From Pristiophorus japonicus (Eukaryota), in assembly GCF_044704955.1 (NCBI RefSeq), contig NC_091979.1, positions 319,114,001 through 319,178,000 of the forward strand: a DNA stretch of 64,000 bases, in the 5' to 3' direction. Numbering within the stretch: position 1 is the stretch's first letter; each line of letters opens with the position of its first letter. Positions 1 to 9,259 of this stretch are shown in pieces. Both the position numbers and the translations under genes were made by a program. The notes under the pieces were generated by a model that ran no database searches, had not been told where the DNA came from, and saw only the letters and a list, made by a program, of their open reading frames with translations.

Positions 1-674
1 AGAGCGAGTGATGGCTGCCACAACAGCTGATTGCTTTCCCAGTTTCCCCTGCAATTCTAGTATTTTTAATTCACACTGGGAGTGACCAATGCCCACCGGA
101 GGGGGGCTTACAAGATACTCTCTGAGAACTCCTCTTGAGTTCCTCAGTTGTGAGGACAAGAGTTTAACCTTGGATTTTAAAGACTGGTTTTGCTCAAAGG
201 CCTGCTGATGACGTTGTGAAGCCAGTCGGGCTTCCTCTCCTCATGTCGAAGGAAAGAACAGACATTCGCATATCGATCCTGCCAGTCCTGTCATTTTTTT
301 TCAAGTGAAGTATTTTGTTCTAAGCGCTCGAGTTCTTTCGAGCGGACGGCACACAAGTGGGCCATATTGGGCTGTATATGACTAGCTTCTTTAAGCTTAA
401 TCTTCTTCTCATTCACTTGGGATGCTATCCCATCCCAGTGCTTGGAGTAACTACACCCCTCCTCTTGGACCACTCTAATAACCTCTTTGGCCCTCTGGAC
501 CCCGAATTTCTCGGAGAGACTGCTCATGATTTTATGTCTACAATGAGCATCCGTGATTTGTTTTTTGGTTTCCGTGACGAAGCACACCCCCATACGGGGT
601 TTCCTACCCAGTCGTTCCACCTGATACCCTTTATGACATTTTAGAGCAAGTCTGTCTCCAACTCGTTTCTCCAC
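1..674 (-). mobile_element. Degenerate coiled-coil ORF, possibly the N-terminal gag-like region of an LTR retroelement/ERV; runs off the window start
   Basis: ORF 291-674 continues through frameshifts as DWQDRYANVCSFLRHEE / EEARLASQRHQQAFEQNQSLKSKVKLLSSQLRNSRGVLREYLVSPPPVGIGHSQCELKILELQGKLGKQSAVVAAI. It is heptad-like with no visible introns and a long AT-rich upstream region. No diagnostic motif seen. Confidence 0.3.
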
Positions 675-3178
675 AATAACCTTTTTACAGTCCTGCCCCC
701 GAAGCCAATTGGTTGGAAATAGCCAAGTTTAAGGCTATCTCTGGTCCCTTTAATAATCAGGATCAACGGTAAAACCAATCTGGTGGATACATTATATTTA
801 ATCAGAGTTTAAGACAGAATATAACATATTAGTTATAGAGCAAAAACATACAACCGTAACAGGTAGTTGATACCGATTCCGATCGGACAAAAGGCTGATA
901 CAAGTGAGCAGTACTCTGGCTTGCTTGCAGTCTCTTTCTCTCGTCTAGATCTTCCTTCGGTAAAGCATGGGATCTCTCTCGAAAAGTGTTCAATCAGCTA
1001 AATTTCTGTTTCGCCCTTCCCTCACACCATCTATACCATCATTCTTCAGGAAGCTACTTTTATTCTATTTTTAGGAGTGGGCCTGACCCTGGATATTGAC
1101 AAGACCGTTTGACCTTTCGAGGTGCCCCTAAAAACTTACTATCCAATAAGCTTTCTAGTTCTTTGTCTCAATTCTTGTTTCAACAACCCGCCTTAAAGAT
1201 GTCTTACAATTTTGGTCACATTTCACTATTTATATCTTATCGAAGTAGCTTTTCTGTGGAATTCCTTTGATACCTCTCTGTCTCTATTCTCCCAGGAACA
1301 ATCACTACACAGCCTTATCCCTCTACTCTTTGAACTATGAAGCTGATGTGGAGTATTACAAAGATGCTCAACACAAGTCTGTTTAGGAGAAAAGATTTGT
1401 TTATTAAGTACTCGATCGAGAGAAAGACAGCTTCTGCACGAGTTCAGTAACTCGGTGATCCAAACTAGCTGTTCTCCTCGAACAAGCGTCAGGTTACTAT
1501 TTTTATAGTAACAGTCAAAATACATACAAAATTATGAAGTTCCGTGTGGAAGCTTTCCATTTGTTGTTTCCCTGCCGCATCACAAAGTTTCGCCTAACTT
1601 TATGATTGCAAATATTAATTAGTTAATACAATTATATTGACAGCAAGCTTCGTTACCTCCCCTGTGCACCTTTTATCTGATAAGTTACGTGCTACATCAT
1701 TCTCAGGTCTGCGCCTCTTGGCTGATCTGCTCTCAACCAGTTGAGATTTTTCTCAATCCGCCTTTGTTTCCCGTAATCGTTTATCACCTCATGTGACCTA
1801 ACCTTGGTCCAACTGTCTGGGTTATACTGTGATAAGGTGATTTATCTTCCTGAGAGTTGGAGTTTTAACATTTTCCCTGTGTTTCGGAGCACGTATTTCT
1901 TTTGTTTCTGACAGCCTTTATTTTTGGTTGTTAACGTTACTTAATTAGGTCCCCTTTGATTAATTAGGTTCCCTCTACTTCATTTTTTTTCTACAGAAGC
2001 AAAACCAAAAAACTGCTCACCCCAGAGTGTTACGTCTTTTACGACATAGCAACATGTTTACCGTAATTCTACAAACTTCCTTTCATTATCTACACCAGCA
2101 GTTTTGTTCAGGTAACTTTAAACCCTACCCGTTGCATTATACATAAAATACATCAACAAGTATTTAAATTGCCTAGCATCAGGGAGATTGTAAATAGTAC
2201 AAAAAACTATATCCTCCATTTCTAAGCATTTCTCTGATTCGAATCGATATTCCATCTGCAGTTCAAAACAACGATTTAAACATAATATTCTTATCCGTTT
2301 TACACATTCGTGACAGTTTTATACATTTTTAGGAATCCCTGATTTCGAAAAAGTGCTGACAATCAGATGTCCCTCACAACCAACAGTAATACAATAACTC
2401 ATTGATAGTCTTTATGTTACAAGCAGTAATAGGTGTAATGTCTCTCTATCCTATGTGTAACTAGCAGTAATACTTTAACCCACTGATACTCACCCTGAAA
2501 CCATACCCAGAATCCCCCTGCACTGCACCAGGTGAGGTCAGGCTCCCCAGTTGAAGCCACATTTAAGAGGCCCGATCTCTCTCTCTATCACCTTGGAATC
2601 TGATTTGGTCTCCGGTTCCGTGTGAAGGTGACAATTCTGAACTGGGAACCTCAGTCTGAGCTGATCTGTATTTGGACTTCACACGTCAAACCCGGCCGGC
2701 ACAGACCCACCTGAACCAATCCAAGAGATTGCACAAAGGCCAGTGAGCTCAGTGTGTGGGGCACTTCTCACAGGGCACATTGTCCTAAACTCAGCTCAGC
2801 ACCAACATTTCTAAACCGTTCCATGTGTTCGGTCTCAATAAAGGAGGGTTTTCATAGAATTATAGAAATGACTGCACAGGAGGAGACCATTCGACCTCGG
2901 AGCTTGCACTCTCTTCTGTAATCCCATTCCCCCCAGATCTTATAACATTCTTCCTTTTCAAATATTTATCACATTCCCTTTAGGTTTTAGAATCCTTGGT
3001 TTCTGTTCCCTAGTTCCCCATTCGCCCACCACTGGAAATAATCTTTCACTATTTACCCACAGTAAGGTCCCCAGGTTTCACTCACCCCTTTACTGGCTGC
3101 TCCTCTCTCAGTGTCACTCCCACTCACCACGTTACTGCTGCTCCCGGCTCTATGGGAAATACTGGACCCTGCACCCAC

Positions 3179-4083
3179 CCCATTCCCCAGTCTCCCTCTC
3201 CCCGAACCCCCATTCCCCAGTCTCCCTCTCCCCGAGCCCCCATTCCCCAGTCTCTCTCTCCCCGAGCCCCCATTCCCCAGTCTCTCTCTCCCAGAGCCCC
3301 CATTCCCCAGTCTCCCTCTCTCCCCAAGCCCCCATTCCCCAGTCTCTCTCCCCCCGAGGCCCCATTCCCCAGTCTCTCTCTCCCCGAGGCCCCATTCCCC
3401 AGTCTCCCTCTCCCAGAGCCCCCATTCCCCAGTCTCCCTCTCTCCCCGAGCCCCCATTCCCCAGTCTCTCTCTCCACGAGGCCCCATTCCCAAGTCTCCC
3501 TCTCCCCAAGCCCTCATTCCCCAGTCTCCCACTCGCCGAGCCCCCATTCCCCAGTCTCTCTCTCCCCGAGGCCCCATTCCCAAGTCTCCCTCTCCCCAAG
3601 CCCTCATTCCCCAGTCTCTCTCTCCCCGAGCCCCCATTCCCAAGTCTCCCAGTCCCCAAGCCCCCATTCCCCAGTCTCCCGCTCCCTGAGCCCCCATTCC
3701 CCAGTCACCCTCTCCCTGAACCCCCATTCCCCAGTCTCCCACTCTCCACAAGCCCCCATTCCCCAGTCTCCCTCGCCCGGAGCCCCCATTCCCAGTCTCC
3801 CTCTTCCCAAGCCCCCATTCCCCAGTCTCTCCCTCTCTCCCCGAGCCCCCATTCCCCAGTCTCCCTCTCCCCCACCCCCCATTCCCCAGTCTCCCTCTCC
3901 ACGAGCCCCCATTCCCCAGTCTCCCTCTCCCTGAGCCACCATTCCCCAGTCTCTCTCTCCCCAAGCCCCCATTCCCCAGTCTCCCTCACCCAGAGCCCCC
4001 ATTCCCAGTCTCCCTCTCCCCAAGACCCCATTCCCAGTCTCCCTCTCTCCCCCAGCCCCCATTCCCAGTCTCCCTCTCCCCCG
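3179..4083. repeat. ~30-32 bp C-rich minisatellite (CCCCATTCCCCAGTCTCCCTCTCCCCGAGC)n, array 1
   Basis: Direct tandem repetition; generates the spurious GRLGNGG/PIPQSPSP ORFs. Confidence 0.97.
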
Positions 4084-4404
4084 GCCACCATACATAGAAT
4101 CATAGAATGGTTACAGCACGGAAGACGACCATTTGGCCATCCAGCCCGTGCCGAATTAGACACATCTCATTTACATTAAACACCAAAAGACCCAACTGGA
4201 GATTTCTATCCAATCACCAAAAAGAAAATATCCCCAAACCCACTCAATGATAGATACATTACCGATTACTATTAACACTGGCAGCAGCCAGTGACAATCA
4301 AACGAAATGAAGATGCAGAATCGTGGATTGCTTCTGAATGAACCCTCCTTGCGACACAGCAAGTCCAGATTCTAGTCCCAGTGAACTTCACTTCGGGACC
4401 AGCC

Positions 4405-5472
4405 TCAGGCTTGGGCTGGTGAGTTTGGGGATAATTCTCCTCGTTCAGCAGGGTTCGCTGGGCTGTAACCAGATGTCTCCTCTCCTCCTCTCCTCTTCCA
4501 CACAACCGCACCGATCACAAGAGCAATCAGGGCGACGGCAGCAATCACAATTCCAACAATCAAACCCCTATTTGTTCCCTCTGGCGATCCTGGAGTCACT
4601 CGGAACGTCCCGTCCCAGTCTCGGGTCTTCCCTCCTGCTTGGCCGCTCTGCTCATACTGACAGGAATAGGTGGCTCCATCCGCGGGCTCGATCTGAGCCC
4701 ATGTCGTGAGCTGGTAGGTGCCATCGTGGTTGGGCAGGATGCCCGTGGATTCCGTGTCCCTGATTGGCTCGCCATTTCTCAGGAGGGTCACTTGGATTTC
4801 GCGAGGGTAAAAACCTGTGAGGAGACAGGAGAGTTGGGGGGCTTTAATATTCGACGCCTTGTCCACAGAAGGAAACACTTGAGGAGCAACAGCTCCCAGT
4901 TCTCTCTCTCCAGCCTTCAGGTATTTCTTCAGCCACTCGATGCACTCCTGCTCCAGGTAACTTTTGTCCTGCTGCATTTCGGCCCTGTCCTGGTCCCACT
5001 TGTTCTTGGTGATCTCTCCCCACGGTACCGGGGTGACCCACACCAGGCGATCCTTGTCGAAGCTGATCAGGTCCTTCCCGTCCCAGCCGTACTGCCAGAA
5101 GCCGCTGGTGGTGCCGTCATCCCGCAGCTCACAGCCGCACAACCTCTGCAGCGTGTGGATCCCGCCGGTCTGGTTGGTGCGGGTTAAGACGGTCTGAATG
5201 TTGCCTTTCATCACCTGCTCCTTGCCCCGCAGGATCTGTGTGTAGCGCTCCCAGTACTCGGCGCCCTCGCTCTCCCTGATCCACCGCTGCCGCGGGGTGT
5301 ACTGCCGGCTCACACTGTCATAGTAAATAAACTGCTGGTCATCCACATAACCCACATCGGTGAACTCAGCAATGCCCGGGAGCGGAGTGATAGCCGTGTG
5401 CATGTACCGTAGGGAGTGAGAGCCTGCACACACCTCTCCACACAGAAGGGCCAGCACGGTCAGTCCAAACAT
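4405..5472 (-). CDS. MHC class I heavy chain, single-exon (leader-a1-a2-a3-TM-cytoplasmic in one 355-aa ORF); shark class I, probably UBA-like nonclassical lineage by its a3 domain
   Basis: Signal peptide MFGLTVLALLCGEVCA; a1 GSHSLRY...EYWER...RTNQT (N86 glycan site); a2 CGCEL...TKNKW...YLEQECIEWLKKYL; Ig-C1 a3 LSCLLTGFYP...PNHDGTYQL...YSCQ; TM LIVGIVIAAVALIALVIGAVVW; tail KRR...GYSPA; acaATG Kozak; no stops or frameshifts. Confidence 0.97.
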   Translation of the reverse strand: MFGLTVLALLCGEVCAGSHSLRYMHTAITPLPGIAEFTDVGYVDDQQFIYYDSVSRQYTPRQRWIRESEGAEYWERYTQILRGKEQVMKGNIQTVLTRTNQTGGIHTLQRLCGCELRDDGTTSGFWQYGWDGKDLISFDKDRLVWVTPVPWGEITKNKWDQDRAEMQQDKSYLEQECIEWLKKYLKAGERELGAVAPQVFPSVDKASNIKAPQLSCLLTGFYPREIQVTLLRNGEPIRDTESTGILPNHDGTYQLTTWAQIEPADGATYSCQYEQSGQAGGKTRDWDGTFRVTPGSPEGTNRGLIVGIVIAAVALIALVIGAVVWKRRGGEETSGYSPANPAERGELSPNSPAQA

Positions 5473-5567
5473 TGTTACTTCCCTCGACAGGCTGGAATGA
5501 GCGGTTTGCAGGCAATCCTTTTCCGAGAGACCGTCCGTGAGCTGCGCCCAATTCAGACCGTGTGATT

Positions 5568-6527
5568 CCTGTGCCCTGTGCCGATACTGTGTCTCTGGGA
5601 CTGTCTCTCTGTGCCCAGTGCTGATACTGTGTCCCTGGGACTGTCTCTCTGTGCCCAGTGCTGATACTGTGTCTCTGGGACTGTCTCTCTGTGCCCAGTG
5701 CTGATACTGTGTCTCTGGGACTGTCTCTCTGTGCCCAGTGCTGATACTGTGTCCCTGGGACTGTCTTTCTGTGCCCTGTGCTGATACTGTGTCTCTGGGG
5801 CTGTCTCTCTGTGCCCTGTGCTGATACTGTGTCCCTGGGACTGTCTCTCTGTGCCCTGTGCTGATACTGTGTCTCTGGGACTGTCTCTCTGTGCCCTGTG
5901 CTGATACTGTGTCCCTGGGACTGTCTCTCTGTGCCCTGTGCTGATACTGTGTCTCTGGGACTGTCTCTCTGTGCCCAGTGCTGATACTGTGTCCCTGGGA
6001 CTGTCTCTCTGTGCCCTGTGCTGATACTGTGTCTCTGGGACTGTCTCTCTGTGCCCTGTGCTGATACTGTGTCTCTGGGACTGTCTCTCTGTGCCCTGTG
6101 CCGATACTGTGTCTCTGGGACTGTCTCTCTGTGCCCAGTGCTGATACTGTGTCTCTGGGACTGTCTCTGTGCCCTGTGCTGATACTGTGTCTCTGGGACT
6201 GTCTCTCTGTGCCCTGTGCTGATACTGTGTCTCTGGGACTGTCTCTCTGTGCCCTGTGCCGATACTGTGTCTCTGGGACTGTCTCTCTGTGCCCAGTGCT
6301 GATACTGTGTCTCTGGGACTGTCTCTGTGCCCTGTGCTGATACTGTGTCTCTGGGACTGTCTCTGTGCCCTGTGCTGATACTGTGTCTCTGGGACTGTCT
6401 CTCTGTGCCCTGTGCTGATACTGTGTCTCTGGGACTGTCTCTCGGTGCCCTGTGCTGATACTGTGTCTCTGGGACTGTCTCGGTGCCCTGTGCTGATACT
6501 GTGTCTCTGGGACTGTCTCTCTGTGCT
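5568..6527. repeat. 40-bp minisatellite (CTGTCTCTCTGTGCCCTGTGCTGATACTGTGTCTCTGGGA)n, ~24 copies, between MHC-I promoter and start codon
   Basis: Direct tandem repetition with a few 38-bp variants. Confidence 0.97.
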
Positions 6528-6579
6528 ATCTGTTCTTGCGCTTTGCCCAGTGCAGAGTGTTTTACACTCAGACTCCTCC

Positions 6580-6780
6580 GGACTGATTGGTTCGAGGGTA
6601 TATTTGTCTCCAATTACAATAAAAACAGGCTGTGAGCCAATAGGCTCCGGGTAGAAAAGACACGGGGAGAGTTTGTGTTGGTGCCGAAATAAACTTTCCA
6701 AACATTGAACTATCCAATCAGACAAATACTGCGAGCTGCATCATCAGTTGCCGGGTAGGTTAAAGATAATCCCCGCCTCT
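6580..6780 (-). promoter_or_regulatory. MHC-type X-Y (SXY) promoter module for the class I gene
   Basis: Minus strand: X1 CCCGGCAACTGATG (6755-6742), X2-like TGATGCA, exactly 20 bp spacer, Y box CTGATTGG (6721-6714). Also a GC box (6771-6777), IRF-like AAGTTTATTTCGG (~6684-6696) and further CCAAT boxes at ~6637 and ~6583. No S box at canonical spacing. Confidence 0.75.
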
Positions 6781-6873
6781 CCCGGTCCCGAGTTCTCCCA
6801 CCACCCTCCAAACCCAACTTCCCGACTCCCAACCCCCCGAAAGCTCTGCCCACCCCCGGCAGCTCGATCTCCT

Positions 6874-7008
6874 GAGGGGTTCAAGGGATCTGCTGCGAGG
6901 GGACTGAAGGGATCTGCTGGGAGGGGGCTGAAGGGATCGGCTGGGAGGGGGCTGAAGGGATCTGCAGGGAGGGGACTGAAAGAATCTGCTGGGAGGGGGC
7001 TGAAGGGA
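6874..7008. repeat. 27-bp tandem repeat (GGGGGCTGAAGGGATCTGCTGGGAGGG-like), ~5 copies
   Basis: Visible tandem units; GLKGSAGRG repeats in translation. Confidence 0.9.
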
Positions 7009-7166
7009 GTTGCTGTGGTGTGTGAGAGAAGGCCAGGGCTGGAGAGGCCCAGTGACCTTGTCTGGAGCCCAGGGATCAGTCCAGCTCTTCCAGGCCCCCA
7101 CAGAATAAATTACACTCAACCTGGCCTCTTCTACCTCCCGCCTGGCCTCACCATGATCCCCCCTGA

Positions 7167-7591
7167 CCCATTCCCCAGTCTCTCTCTCCCGAGCCCCCAT
7201 TCCCCCTCTCCCCGAGCCCCCATTCCCCAGTCTCCATCTCCCCGAGGCCCCATTCCCCAGTCTTCCTCTCCCCGAGCCCCCATTCCCCAATCTCTTTCTC
7301 CCTGAGCCCCCATTCCCCAGTCTCCCTCTCCCCGAGCTCCCATTCCCCAGTCTCCCTCTCCCTGAGCCCCCATTCCCCAGTTTCCCTCTCCCCAAGCCTC
7401 CATTCCCCAGTCTCCCTCTCCCCGAGCCCCCATTCCCCAGTTTCCCTCTCCCCAAGCCCCCATTCCCCAGTCTCCCTCTCCCCGAGCCCCCATTCCCCAG
7501 TCTCCCTCTCCCCGAGCCCCCATTCCCCAGTCTCCCTCTCCCCGAGCCCCCATTCCCCAGTCTCCCATTCCCCGAGCCCTCTTTCCCCAGT
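7167..7591. repeat. 30-bp C-rich minisatellite, array 2 (same unit and orientation as 3179-4083)
   Basis: CCCCATTCCCCAGTCTCCCTCTCCCCGAGC tandem, ~14 copies. Confidence 0.97.
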
Positions 7592-7955
7592 GTTAAGGGA
7601 TGATCTAATTGAGATGTTTGATATGATTAAAGGATTTGACCGGGTCGATCGAGAGAAACGATTTCCTCTGGTGGGGGAGGCCAGAACAAGGGGGCATGAA
7701 ATAGAAATTTGAGCTCAGCCATTCAGGGGTGATGTCAGACAGCACCTCTTCACACAAAGGGTAGTGGAAATCTGGAACTCTCTCCCCCAATAAGCTGTCG
7801 AGGTTAGGCCAATTAAAAATGTCAAAACTGAGATGATAGAATTTTGTTAGACAAGGGTATTAAGGGTTACAGAACCAGGGTGGGTAGATGGAGTTGTGAT
7901 ACAGTTCAGCCATGATAAATTAAATGGTGGAACATGTTCCTATGTTCCTACCTAT
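7592..7955 (+). mobile_element. CR1 LINE 3' fragment (old)
   Basis: Encodes degenerate LRDDLIEMFDMIKGFDRVD...FTQRVVEIWNSLP C-terminus; ends in TGTTCCTA repeats. Confidence 0.8.
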
Positions 7956-9259
7956 GATCATACTAATGGATGATCGTGGATTTCTGCTGGCACTCATGAG
8001 CCAATTGTTCATTTGTTGTTGCCTCCGGGACCATTACGGGATTCCAATGGGTTTCCCCCGAACTGAGGGATGCCAGGCAGTGAGGCTGCAGGGAGGTGTT
8101 CCGGGCCCATGTGCACTGACCTGCTCATCTGTTCTGCTATTCTGACTTTACCAGCATTGCTATGTTGATTATATATGAGCTAAAAATGTAAGTTAGATAC
8201 ACATAAGATGGGCTTTGATTATTTTGTTCTCTTACAGCAACACACTGAATGATTGCTTGAAAGCAAAACTCGGCCAGCTTCAATGTCACTTCACGTGGGG
8301 CCCACAGAGAGACAGCATTGACTTGGACGACATGAAGTATAGATTACAAGATTTAATACAGGCTCGTGTGAAATATCAGGCCAGGTCTGACAACCACCTC
8401 GCATTTGTAAACTGTCAGCAAGGCAATTCAAAGGGGCAATTCAAAACTTAAAGGAAGCTGAAAAGATTCTGAGGGAGAACCATGAACATGAATTTGAAAG
8501 AAGAAGCATCATCACCTATGGAAACTATGCCTGGGTATATTATCACATGGGCCAACTGACAGAGGCCCAGTCCTACCTCGACAAGCTGGAGATGATCTGT
8601 AAATAATTTACTGATGGCTCTCAGTATACAGCACTGATACCTGAAGTATACGGGGAGAAGGGTTGGTCACTGTTGAATTCTCCTTGTCAATACTATGAAG
8701 AGGCAAAGGAATGTTTTTGAGAAGACTCTGGAGGAAGATCCTGATGACACTGAATGGAACGTTGGCTATGCGACTGTTTTGTTCCGTCTGGAAGGGTTTT
8801 CTGGTACCCCAGAGAGTGGTGACCGCAGCCAATCAGTGAAGCAGTTGTGACGTGTGCTGGAACTTGATCCAGATGACTCTGTAGCCATGTTGGCTCTAAA
8901 ACTACAAGAGTTCAATCAAAAGGTGGAAGAACACGAATTAGTTGAACAAGCATTGCAGAAGTCCCCTGATCTTCCATATGTAACTCGTTCTGCAGCAAAA
9001 TTTTACAGAAGAGAAGGAGATGTGGAAAAAGCTGTGGAGCTGTTGAAGAAAGCATTAAAAATTACTCCAAACTCTACCTTCATACACCACCAAATAGGTC
9101 AGTGTTGCAGAAAAAAAATATTTCAACTGATCAAATATCCAGGCAGCAAAGCCCCTCGCAATCCTGCTTTTCAACAGAAAGCTGAGTTGATCAATCAATG
9201 CAAGTACTATTTTGAAAAGGCATTTGAGCAGAAGCCATCATTTATTTTTGCACAATTGC

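Noticed and set aside
760-800. Possible PBS/LTR boundary for the left-end element
   Set aside because: TGGTTTTACCG does not match any tRNA 3' end I can recognise, and no second LTR is in the window
3053-4163. Long Gly/Pro-rich ORFs in many frames
   Set aside because: Translations of a stop-free minisatellite; the same applies to ORFs over 5366-6725, 6748-7568, 15364-16194, 42178-42957, 47267-48301 and 48968-49805
5130-5145. Extra cysteine (LCGC) in a2 as a novel feature
   Set aside because: From memory, CGC at this position also occurs in classical shark class I, so it is not distinctive
5568-6527. CACAG(TA/GG/AG) motifs resembling V(D)J RSS heptamers
   Set aside because: No ACAAAAACC-like nonamer at 12/23 spacing and no V/J segments
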